This document shows positions 39,273-50,803 of a stretch of DNA of 64,000 nt, piece by piece. The notes beneath the pieces are model-generated. The model saw nothing but the letters and a program-made list of their open reading frames with translations, was not told the origin of the DNA and did no database searches. This DNA comes from Eledone cirrhosa. Taxonomy: Eukaryota. The stretch spans positions 285,696,001-285,760,000 of the forward strand of contig OZ024740.1 of NCBI GenBank assembly GCA_964016885.1, given 5' to 3'. The position numbers and the translations under genes were made by a program. Each line of letters starts with the position of its first letter. The stretch's first letter is position 1.

Positions 39273-40689
39273 ATACAACAGAGTTTTAAATACGATTAAG
39301 ATTTTTTTTAAATGGTAAAATAAATTAAGGAAAGGGTTTCTAAGTATTTCAAGCTTGCTAATATGATTTTACCTTAATTGTTCAAAAGTAAATTGTTAAT
39401 AAGTAAAACAAAACTTACGAGGAGGGAAAATATTTGAATGAAATTGAAATTAGTTGTTTTATTTATATCATATTTTGTCTAGTAGTCAAGAAACTTCATT
39501 AATAGATGCCAATTTGAGACGTCAGTAATAGAAGAAAAGAGACCCATGAGAAAAGTGATATGTCAGTAGGTAACTGGAATTGGATCAGTCGCCTTTGCTC
39601 CAAGCTGTGTCAAAATTCCAGTTAATAATAGAAATTCTACAGGCGCTGGAGACCTTAATATAATTAGTAGTACTTCCCTGAAAGTTAGGGTAATGCAGAG
39701 AGAAGGCGGCATGGAGGTAATTTGATATCTTGCGAAGGTTATTTTTTTCTCTGTAAAAACTAGCAAATCATGTGCAACTTTTCCCTTGTGGTATATCTTA
39801 GGTTGTAATGTGAATTAAAGCACTGGAAAAAAAAATGGGTAAACTTAGCTAGATTGTTCTGGGAGTGTATATAAAATTGTAAAGTTTAAAGTACTTTGTA
39901 TTGATTCTTTGTTTTTGTTTTTTTGTTTTTTTAAAAATAATTTCATTTTTGTCCCAATTATTCTAATTCATAATTTGAATCTTTAGTCTACTTATTTTTA
40001 AGTTTTCAATTGTGAAATTAGAATTTAAGTTACATTTCTATATTTCTAAGCTCATCATTTTACATCCACCTCCCATGGGTTGGATGAGTTATCACAGTCC
40101 ATGTCAATTCTTATTTTGAGTCACTGCCTTCCTACATCATCATCATTTACGCCCGCTTTTCCTTGCTTGCAAGGGTGGGACGGGTCCTTTTCAGTACAGC
40201 ATCTCTCCATTGAACATTCCATTTTTTTTTATTTTTGCAAAGTTTCTACAGCTGGATGCTCTTCCTAATACTAACCACTTTACAGAGTGTACTGGGTGTT
40301 TTTTATTGTGGCATTAACACTAGAGATGTTATGTCTCTGTCATAATAAAGGTGTCCTCTGGAGCCTACATTGTCCCTGTTTGATTGCTAGTCACTTTACA
40401 GAAATAGATTTTAAGAATAGATTGACCAGAATATTCACACTTCCGTTGTTCTTTTTAGTTCAACAATGTTTTAATTTCTTTTTATCATTCAGTCAAGGGG
40501 GGAAGGGCAGTGCCAATGATAATACATTTCATTAAGGCCTCCGAGACTGGTACTAGGAAAGTAAGAAGTTATTCTCAAACTGGAAACCTGATCTGTATAG
40601 TGTGACCTCCCTCCATCCTTTCATGCCAGTATTCCTAATGAAATACACTCTATTTTAATTAAGAATTTTGAGGGATTTACTAAAATTAT

Positions 40690-40880
40690 TACCGTATATA
40701 CTCGAATATAAGCTGACCGCATTATTTTATGTCTGAGAAATGGGCAAAAATCCAAACCTTATTTATGTAGAATTTGAAGTTGAAAATCATCAAAATATTG
40801 ACCTCAAATATAAGCTGGTCTCCTTCTACCATTGATTTTTGGTCACATATTCTTTTACTTATAGTCAAGTATATATGGTA
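40690..40880. mobile_element. pogo/Tigger-like MITE nested in a MITE B copy
   Basis: TACCGTATATACTCGAATATAAG...CTTATAGTCAAGTATATATGGTA. Confidence 0.75.
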
Positions 40881-40977
40881 ATTATTTCATTACTAAGATA
40901 CTCACTTAACATATGGCGGTTATATTAAAATTATGTTGGAAGATTTTTTATTTAAATAGGAACCCTTTAAAATGGAT

Positions 40978-41177
40978 GGTTTCATTTCATAGAACCAGAG
41001 CTAATTTTGGCCAGGTTAGGGTCAAAAGGTTTCATTTCATAGAACCAGAGCTGATTTTGGCCAGGTTAGGGTCAAAAGGTTTCATTTCATAGAACCAGAG
41101 CTGATCTTGGCCAGGTTAGTATCAAAAGGTTTCATTTCACAGAACCAGAGTTGATCTTGGCTGGGTTAGGGTCAAAA
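40978..41177 (+). repeat. 4 x 50-bp tandem repeat of a MITE B subterminal segment
   Basis: GGTTTCATTTCATAGAACCAGAGCTGATTTTGGCCAGGTTAGGGTCAAAA at 40978, 41028, 41078 and 41128. Confidence 0.92.
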
Positions 41178-41374
41178 GGGTGAAACTAAGCAATGGATTA
41201 AGTCAACCACCTAAAATTATTATATATCTGGTATACCCTCCCTGCTTCGGTTTTTTTCCTGCAGTTGTCAACTTGTAACTATTCAAGAGGAACATTACCT
41301 GTGTCAGTCTCAGGAGTTTCAGAGGTCCTGTAAATGCCATAGGTACAGCTTCTTTTACCAGACCAAACTATTAA

Positions 41375-42200
41375 TAATGGCTTCTGATCTAGGCACAAGG
41401 CCAACAATTTTGTGGGAAGGGGAAGTTGATTAAATCGACCCCTTTGAATTACTGGTACATTATTTTATTGACCCCATAAGGATGAAAGGTTAAGTCAACC
41501 TTGGCTGGATTTGAACTGAGAACATAAACGTATGTAACTATATGCCGTAACTATATGTCCAATGATCTACCAATGCTGTCAATCCACCACTCTATTGATA
41601 ATTGTTTTTACTTTTGACACAAGACCAGCAATTACCCAGTGCATTACTGGTACTTTATTTTATCAACCCCGTAAGGATGAAAGGTAAAGTTAACTTCGGC
41701 AGGATTTGAAATCAGACTGTAAAGGACAGTAACTCAATGCTGCAAAGCATAGCGTCCAACCCTCTACCAATACTGCCAATCCAAATAATAATGATTTCTG
41801 ATTTAGGCACAAGGCCAACAATTTTTTGGGGAGGGTAAAGTCGACTAAATTTACCCCAGTGCATTACTGGTACTTTATTTATCGAACCTGTAAGGATGAA
41901 AAGCAAAGCTAATGTCAGTGGGATTTGAACTCAGAACATAAATAGATGTAACTGGATGCTGCAAAGCATGTTACACCGATACTGTCAATCCACTGACCAA
42001 ATTAATAATAATAATAATTGTTTCTACTTTAGGCACAAGGCCAGCAATTATCCAGTACATTACTTTCGACCCCGTAAGGATGAAAGGCAAAGTCAACCTC
42101 GGCGGGATTTGAACTCAGATCATAAAGGGACGTAACTATGCTTGAAAGCATGGCGTCCGACCCTCTAACGTTACTGCCAAAATAATAATAATAATAATAA
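41375..42200 (-). mobile_element. Four head-to-tail SINE S1 copies
   Basis: Copies at about 41380-41590, 41601-41783, 41795-41995 and 42018-42180, separated by (AAT)n linkers. Confidence 0.88.
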
Positions 42201-43039
42201 CTGTGGAGTTAGGAAGTTTACTTTGCAATCTTGTGGTTCCAGGTTCAATCTCATTGGATGACATATTGAGCCATTGTTGGATGGTTGTAGTAGTGTATGA
42301 GTTTTTCTATGAGGAGGGGTTGCTAGCCCCTCATCTCAATGGAGTTGTGAGTTATCACCTGTATCCCCTCTCTTGGTGCAATGTGGCTGATTTAAAGAGA
42401 GAGAGATAGAGAGATCAACCCCAGTACTTAACTGGTACTTTATATACATGCATGCATCGTCCCATAACTTCTAAGGGAGTCTTAGGGGCACTGTATTGAC
42501 ATACAGCATTTCTAGGGCAATTTTTAAAGCTGGTGGAACCCATCCCTCTCCAAGTCTGAATACAGCAGATTTCTTCCAGAGAAAGATAGAAGGCGTGAGA
42601 GAATGGAAACAAAAAGAAAATATAGAGCAAGAATTGACCCCAGTACTAGACTGGTACTTTTTTTTATCAACCTCAAATGGATGGAAGGCAAAGTTGATCT
42701 TGGCAGAATTTGAACTCAGGAAGCAGAGAGCCGAAATGAAACTGCAAAGCATTCTATCTGACATTCTAATGACTCTGCCAATGTACTTTATATAGTGACC
42801 CTAAAAAGGTGAAAAATAAAGTTGACTTTAGTGGGATTTGAACTCAGAGTGTAATGGGTCAGAACAAATACATCAAAGCATTCTGCTAATTTTCTGCCAT
42901 ATTTATTTCCTTTTTGTTACCATATTTCTAATGAAAAATATTGCATATACTTTTTCAAATCATTTTGAAAATAATGAAAAATTTGGTGGGATTTAGTTAT
43001 ATGACTTTCTCATTATTAAGCTGATGTTTGGAGCATAAC

Positions 43040-43263
43040 TTAAGCCTTTAGCATTTAAACTAACCATATCCGTCCAGAATTCTCTCACCTTTTTCTATTC
43101 AAACCGGACGTGACCGGCCACTCATATTTATGTTAAGATTGTTCTCAAAATAAATATCAAAATCTTGTAGATTCGATATTATGTGTGATAATTATGTAAG
43201 ATAAAGCTTTTACTGTGAAAATACAATAGTAAATATAGAGTAATGTAAATGGTAAAGGGTTAA
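43040..43263 (-). mobile_element. piggyBac-like MITE A nested in MITE B (about 42910-43315)
   Basis: Reverse orientation, TTAA duplicated inside a family B copy. Confidence 0.82.
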
Positions 43264-43514
43264 TGAAGGTTCTTAGATAATGAGCCATGGCGGGGTTTGA
43301 TATCAAAAGGGTGAAATAAACCTAATGGCTGATATTAATAGTCATATCTCTTATTTTTTATGCATTCTGTGTATCCTGATTAAAAGGTGACTAAAACTGT
43401 TAGCATCAGAAAGGGTATCCAACTGTAAAACATTGTCTCATCCTGTACATTGTCTCATGCTGACATGGAAAAGTTGATTTTAAAATGCTGTTGATAGTTT
43501 TATTATACAGAAAC

Positions 43515-43727
43515 GGTGGATTGGCAGTTGGTAGAGCCTTGGGCAAAATGCTTTGCTGTATTTAGTTATGTCCCTTTACATTTTGAGTTCAAATCCTGCC
43601 AAGGTTAGTTTTGCCTTTCATCCTTACATGGTCAATAAAATAAAGTACCAGTCATGCACTGGGGTCGATTTAATCGACTTTCCCCTCTCCCAAAATTGAT
43701 GGCCTTGTGCCTATAGTAGAAATTATT
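43515..43727 (+). mobile_element. SINE S1 long variant, plus strand
   Basis: ggattggcagttggtagag..gagttcaaatcc..gcctttcatcc..ggccttgtgcc..agtagaaattatt. Confidence 0.85.
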
Positions 43728-44284
43728 ATACAGAAACTACATATCTATTATACTGATAACATATGTCTTTCCATTACTAATGGCTGGTGTTGGTCTGTGT
43801 TTGTGTTTACAGAATATAGGGATGGGGGTTCCGTAGTTAATTTAGCAGTATTTTGTTTACAGGTTAGGACCATTGGCAGTCTTAATCACTAAGACTAATT
43901 TGCTGTCTATAATGTATGTTTTGTGGTGGATTCTATGATGTTCTACTTCTAGCATTTCCAACACATGGGGAATAATTTGATATAAAAGCCATCTTCATTA
44001 TTATTACCATCATTTTTGCATCGGTTAGATTAGCAAGCTGGAGCTTATTCAGGTTTCATGTGTCATTAAGGAGCTGATGATGCAAAACTCTCCCTTAGGC
44101 AGGATGCTTGTCTGTCCCAATGTTAACTCTATCTGCAGCTGCTGGTACTCATTTTCACCTAAGTAAACTGGAACCATTTGAAATGAATTAACTTGCTCAA
44201 GGACACAATGTTTGAACTAATGACAGTATGATTGAGAGACCAACACTCTAATCACTAGGCTGTATGCCTTGATTCAGCTTCATA

Positions 44285-44526
44285 TTAACCCTTTTGATAT
44301 CAACCCACCCAAAACTGGTTCTGTTTCTATGAAACAAAACCTCCCATTTTATAGGGTTACTATTTAAATTTAAAAAAAAACTTTCAACATGATTTTATTT
44401 TTGTTATGTTCCAAATACTATCTTTATAATGAATTCATAAATAATTTTAGGAAATTCCTCTAAATTCTTTAATAACTAATTGAAATAGAGTGTATTTCAT
44501 TAGAAATACAGTAATGAAAGGGTTAA
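44285..44526 (+). mobile_element. piggyBac-like MITE family B, representative copy
   Basis: TTAACCCTTTTGATA...GTAATGAAAGGGTTAA. Related copies at about 26-385(-), 4685-4875, 14482-14729, 23815-24052, 40620-41180(-), 42910-43315(-), 45036-45697, 46807-47270 and 61680-61935. Confidence 0.75.
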
Positions 44527-46104
44527 TATGCTGAATATTTTGGTTATAATAATCTTTGTGTTTTCATGATGATTGTCATGTGAACATGGCTATCACTGAA
44601 CAATGAACAGTAAAATGTGACTACATATTAGCTGTATGAGTTATTACAAATGAGAAATAATTGCAGTTGTTATCATTTAGCATTAGAAAACCCCTATTTG
44701 AACAGACCTAGAACTACATTATCTAATGTGTCCTTTTCTTTTTTTTAAAATACATTTGAGGTAGTCTTAGTTACTATTTTTAGTAGGTTGAATGACCACA
44801 TAGAGCCTCCCTCATTCATTTGGGCTCCCAGGGTAGAAGGTGAGTTCAGAAATAGTGGTAGTGTATATTATGTTTTTCATTGGAATGTTTATATGTTTTT
44901 CATTATGGTTTATACTACAAAACATGTTTTCATCCAGATCCTGAATATAATGCCAACTTCAGGGTTTGAATTCAAGAAGTAGTCCAGTTTGAACATTCAG
45001 CATTCATTAAAATTCTCTTTCATTAAAAAATGCTTTAACCCATTAGATACCAAACTGCCTAAAATTGGTCCCTGTTTCTATGATACAAAGCTGTTTATTT
45101 TAAAGTGTTTATTATTCATCTAAAAACCTTCCATCATAATGTAAAAACCTTTGTTAAGTTATGTTCCAAACATTAATTTAATAAAGCAGCCCATCTGAGG
45201 AAAGAGCTTCGCGAGGTGGAATGGGTGTTGCAGTGAGTGTCGCTAGACATTGTCTGTGGTAATGCCATTGCAGTTTTGTCTGCTGGGTGCAGCCGAAACA
45301 CCACTCCAACCTATTGTAGAGTCTGTCACCATCTCCCCCTATCTTCCTTCCTTGCCTAATACCTGTTGTTCTTTCCCTATAGTCTTTGCTCTTTCCTTCC
45401 TTTTCTTATCATTTATGGCATTTATAATCCTATCCTTCACTTTCCTATACAGCCAGATCTGCCCTTCTTTACCCCCCCCCCCCACACACACACTTTTTAA
45501 TTACTTGATTTCATTTTTATCTTTTTTTGATATTTTCCATCGTTGTATAACTTCTGTTTGTAAAATCTAGTTGACATTTAATAATGGGAAAGTTACTTAT
45601 GTTATTAAACCCTTCCAAATTCTTGATTAATTTCAAAATGATTTGACAATCATAAGCATTGCCTTTCATTAGAAATATGGTAATGGAAAGGGTTAAATTT
45701 CCCTGCTGGAGAGGTGCCAAGCTGGCTGATCTATTAGATGTAATAATATCAGCCTTTATAAAAGACTGGCTGTTGATAAGTTGAGAAATCACTCAGGCAT
45801 CAAAGCCAAATACAATTACACAGGTATGTAGAAGTAAATGGATGATATATATATGTTGAGTATCGAGTGTCAGAAGTTGACAGGAAAGAGTGTACCTATA
45901 GTAGAAGTAAATCAGCAAGTAGCTTGGAGGAAATGATGAGGTGAGATCTGTTAACATTTAGACACTCAGATAGAATTACATAGTTTAGGAAATTAACATT
46001 AAAATAATAGTGATGGTGATGACTGGTGGTGGTGGTAGGAAGTAACTATAACTTTAATGTATTCATTTTGGTATTAGGTGTTCCAGGGATGTTTACAAGA
46101 GAAC

Positions 46105-46345
46105 ATAACCATCATCACGACCTTATAACCATTTTCCCATACTTCTGTGCTTGATAGATCTTTTCCAGCAACACCACCATCCCTCCACTCATATTCTTTT
46201 GTCACCTCCTTTATGAGGTTTAGTGATTTGAGATCAATTCTCATCACTTCTGCCCAGGTCTTCCTTGGGGTTCCTTCCACTGGGGTTTTATGGTACTTTT
46301 TCACACATTAATATCGTCCATATGCATCATGTGTCCATACCTTCA
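46105..46345 (-). mobile_element. Old RTE C-terminal fragment
   Basis: VEGTPRKTWAEVMRIDLKSLNL in ORF 46074-46304; upstream YGHMMHMDD-like segment. Confidence 0.65.
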
Positions 46346-46394
46346 AATTATTCAGTGAATGGTTTGATAATTTATGAGCAGGCATAATGTAGAT

Positions 46395-46557
46395 CAGTCA
46401 TGGGTAAACTGGCTCGTGAGCTGCATGCAACCCATTTGGCTTTCTGAAAAGCACATCTAATTTTAAAATTGCCTTTAATTTTTTAGTAGTGCAATCCTGC
46501 CTCATGATGAGCCACATCCTATGCAGCTCACTGCTTGAAAGAGGTTGCCTGTGATTG
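46395..46557. mobile_element. hAT-like MITE
   Basis: CAGTCATGGGTAAAC...GGTTGCCTGTGATTG; perfect TSD ATGTAGAT. Confidence 0.75.
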
Positions 46558-46870
46558 ATGTAGATATTTTATATGTTAAATGAGCAATTTGAAAGAAATT
46601 ATGTATCTCTTAAGTCACCGGTATTTTCTTAAAATAGTTGTCAGGCTGTTTTGTAAGTTTATTTTCTGATAAACTACAGATTAAATCTTCAACTATCCTT
46701 TAAAAAAATATCACACTAAAATCAGTGGCAGACATGCATTTTGGTGTACCTGAAGTTTGAAATGTTGTGAGTACTCCTTCACAATTTTAGAGGCTATACG
46801 GTAACATTAATCCTTTTAATACCAAACCACCTGAAACCATCGATGGTTCTTCAAAGCAAAACTATTTGTT

Positions 46871-47096
46871 TTAACCCTTTAGCATTTAAACTGGCCATAT
46901 CTGGCCTGAATTCTCTCATCTCTTTCTCTTCAAACAGGCCGTAACTGGCCACTCATACTGATGTTGAAGTATTGTTCTCAAAATAAATATCAAAATCTCA
47001 TAGATTCGATATTATGTGAGATAATTATGTGAGGTAAAACTTTTACCATGAAAATATAATAGTAAATGCAGAGTAATGTGAATACCCAAGGGTTAA
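46871..47096 (-). mobile_element. piggyBac-like MITE A nested in MITE B (46807-47270)
   Basis: Reverse orientation, TTAA TSD. Confidence 0.85.
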
Positions 47097-47973
47097 AGTA
47101 TTTATATAAAAACCTTCCATCACAATTTTATGTAAGGACCTTTGTTATGTTCCAAACACTTACTTCATAATGAAAAAGTCAGTTATATTACTAAATTCTT
47201 GCAAATTCTTGATTATTTGAAAACCATATGCAGTGTTTTTTCATTAGAAACATGGTAATGAAAGGGTTAAAAAATAATGTGTAAAAAAAATTAGTTTTAA
47301 TGGCCTGCTTACATCTCTCTCTCCCTTTCATGCTTGTTGTCATATACGTTTCTCAAGTGTCATTAATTTACTGCCATTTTCAAACATCACCATAGCACTA
47401 TGGGAGAGAGAGAGATGAATGCGTGACAGAAATACATGAAAGTGTATGCATATGTGTTGATTTGACAAAAAAACAACACCAACATCAACAACAACAAAGA
47501 GGCAAATCAATAGAAAGTTAATAATACAATGCTAAGGATAATGTACATGTGTCATTTGATTAACTTCATGAATTTTTCATCAAAGAAAAAGTCACCCCTG
47601 AAAGCTTGTTAATTTAATTTCATTCAGTGTATTTGTGAAGCCAAACATGTTAGAATTATATATGGCACCGTTATTTTATATCATCAGAATGTCGTTCTTT
47701 TACACTTTATTCATTTTATTGTTGATGTTGTTGCATGAATGCTGACATAGAAACGCCAATGAGAAGATGATGAATCTATGCTCCATTTCTGTCAGTGATG
47801 TCTCTTTTTTGTTTTGTTTTAGCTTTCCTGTTTTCAAATACATATATATATATATGTAGTGAAATCATACCAACATTTTATTGCTAAGAACTCCAAAGCT
47901 TAAACACCTTTTTACCTGTTTTTCATAGTTTGCATCTGTTGATGTTTGTGCACACACATATGTGATGTGAAAT

Positions 47974-48013
<40 letters not shown>

Positions 48014-48260
48014 CGCACACAATACGTGCGTACGTGTCAATATGTAAAACTCTATTTGATGCTTTATAAAGCTTAAATATTCGATGCAGTTTTAGCACCT
48101 TTCATTCCTTTCAGTGTATATATGAAAAAGAAGGGGATTATATACATGTGTGTTTGTATGTGTCTATATATATGTATATATGTGTGTATATATATATACA
48201 CACACACACATATACATGTGTGTGTATATATGTATATACGACTGTGTGTGTGTATATACA

Positions 48261-48318
<58 letters not shown>

Positions 48319-49181
48319 TTTCAATACATAAAGAATACATAAAACAAGTGTATTTATTTTGCTGTTGCTTATTATTTGGTTATCATACCTATTTATCTAT
48401 CATTAAATCTCTGCAACACTTATTTCTTACATGTTGAGCCTCAGGTATGCATAATAAAGATGATGATGATGATGATGAGGAGGGGGGGGGGGTAAAATAA
48501 AACAATATGCAAGAGTGGTGATGATGATGATGATGATGTTGGTGGAAGATATACTTCAAGTATGTATATACATAAATATTACATACATTATCACAAATTC
48601 ATACATATTTAATGTCATGCTGTTTGACACGCACGCACACACACTCGTTCTCCTCCTCTTCCTCCATGGCTTTCCTCTTAGTCATCTTATATAGCATCTA
48701 ATTTAGTCATTGCTGCAGTATTTATTTATTTGTTGTTATATATAAACACACACACATGCTCGCAAAGTTATTGTTGCTTCCTCTACTTTTGACTCGCGTG
48801 GTATGTTGTATACACCATACTAACAAACACACAAACCCTCTATAATTTATACCAACCTCTTCGCCACTCAATACTGGCTCCAACTCCAAAGATGTGGAAA
48901 GGCGAATGTGTACATACATATAATATATTACCTTTTCTTTCTCTTTGTCTGTCAATCCCTATTTTAGCTAAATTCCTTTCAGGTTAAGTTGACTTAAAAC
49001 AAAGTTTCTTTTATCTATACATAGTAGTTATGTTTTCCACAACATGCATGGTTTACTATTTCAGTTCATTTTATATATGTATATATATACATTGCGAAAA
49101 CTCAAATGTCATCTCATGATGATATTTGTTTTTGAAATGCGCATAATAAAATACATGGAACTCTTAACCATCTTTTGATCT

Positions 49182-49252
<71 letters not shown>

Positions 49253-49255
<3 letters not shown>

Positions 49256-49462
49256 AGAACGAGTAGGACCCCGACGGCTGAGCTCAAGCCGTTTCGACGG
49301 CTAATTCTGGACTGAGTCCAGAATTAGTCCAGAATTAGCCGTCGAAACGGCTTGAGCTCAGCCGTCGGGGTCCTACTCGTTCCTATTACCCACTCTACTA
49401 CCCTAAGTATTGAGTACTTTGGTGCGTTATGGTCCACCTGGTGCCTTACCACATTTCCTTCG

Positions 49463-49464
<2 letters not shown>
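49253..49464 (+). mobile_element. Fold-back palindromic element, copy 2
   Basis: Perfect 57-bp arms 49257-49313 and 49326-49382; central 11-nt duplication AGTCCAGAATT; tail nearly identical to copy 1; (TA)n flanks. Confidence 0.75.
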
Positions 49465-49522
<58 letters not shown>

Positions 49523-49830
49523 CTTTATTATGAGATAAGATTGTAGCAAGGTAAATTTAGCCCCGACACCACACTCAAAAGGCATTACTGTTCATCTCTC
49601 TCTCTCTCTCTCTCGTCATTCCTGTTTAGTGTCAATTCTTCCATGCTTGCATGGATTAGACGGGTCGTCTATACCAGGAAGCAAGTCTGGCCATGGTTGA
49701 CCATGTTGCACATTTCTCCGGCGAGGACTATGAATTTGGCTGGATATTTAACAGCTGGATGCCCTTCCTAACACCAACCACATTTACAGTTGTGTGTATA
49801 TATATATATATATATATACAATATATTAAT

Positions 49831-50004
49831 TGTTTCTACTTTTGGCACAAGGCCAGCAATTACCCAGTGCATTACTGGTACTTTATTTTATCGACCCCGT
49901 AAGGATGAAAGGCAAAGTCAACCTCGGCGGGATTTGAACTCAGATCGTAAAGGGACGTAACTATGCTGGAAAGCATGGCGTCCGACTCTCTACCGATACT
50001 GCCA
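49831..50004 (-). mobile_element. SINE S1, young copy
   Basis: 17-bp TSD ATATACAATATATTAAT; inserted at the left end of the 50010-50325 element. Confidence 0.9.
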
Positions 50005-50009
50005 ATATA

Positions 50010-50322
50010 CAATATATTAATAAATGGAAACTATATTTATAAAACCATAATTAAGGATATCCAGTGAACCTCCAACCGTCAAGGTTGTTTTTCTATGGGT
50101 ATGTCAACATTTATAAAACATATTTTGTATTTTATCTGATGAAAGCGCACTAAAATTACCTTGGTTGCTCTTTAAATATATATAATAAAATAATTATGGT
50201 TTTATAAATATAGTTTCCATTTATTAATATATTGAATATTTACTCCAGTAACCTATTGAGTGCTTTATATCAGTTATAAAACTTTTAAGCTTGTTGAATC
50301 CCAACAAATTAAATATAACTTC

Positions 50323-50325
<3 letters not shown>
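50010..50325 (+). mobile_element. Penelope-like terminus with inverted arm and degenerate minimal hammerhead
   Basis: Perfect 44-bp inverted repeat 50010-50053/50191-50234. CTGATGA at 50136-50142, closed by stem I TATTTTAT(50128-35)/ATAAAATA(50185-92). Tail runs into (TA)n. Confidence 0.6.
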
Positions 50326-50376
<51 letters not shown>

Positions 50377-50460
50377 AAAGGTAAACAGAAATAACAACAC
50401 AATCGGTACAGTATATGGAAGGGATATATTAAGTTAACTCTTGATATAGCAGGAAGAGGG

Positions 50461-50496
50461 TCTTAACATTTCAGACGCTAGTCCTTCATCAGAAGA
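50461..50496 (-). ncRNA. Decayed minimal type I hammerhead ribozyme motif (Penelope-type)
   Basis: Minus strand reads TCTT-CTGATGA-A-GGAC-TAGC-GTCT-GAAA-TGTT-AAGA. Stem I TCTT/AAGA and stem II GGAC/GTCT; two C>T CpG reversions restore CCGAAACGTT. Confidence 0.65.
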
Positions 50497-50692
50497 AAGA
50501 ATGAGAAATAAGATAGATTGAGGTGACAAGGTTTAATACATTATTTAATTGATTTACACCCATTTCATTCAAATACAGAAAGAAGTACCATTTTATTTCT
50601 CTATGGAATTCATCAAAATCATTAAATTATATTAAAAAAAATGTTTTTACCAACTGCATGTCGAATGTCTGATCTACTTTTTATATATATAC

Positions 50693-50803
50693 GAGTTCCC
50701 GTATGAGCAAGGCATGGTCAGCCGACTGGCTACTGCCCACAACAGGACAACCCGTCTAACCCATGCTAGCACGGAAGAACGGATGTAAAACGGTGATGAT
50801 GAT
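50693..50803 (+). mobile_element. Short 3' tail of the RTE subfamily at 11764
   Basis: gagcaaggcatggtcagccgac...cccatgctagc...gtaaaacggtgatgatgat matches the LINE 3' end. Confidence 0.8.

Noticed and set aside
39789-39810. TGGTATATCTTA (WYIL) as the next RAPGEF exon
   Set aside because: Continues GCN rather than LSGSV, with no suitable acceptor or upstream homology.
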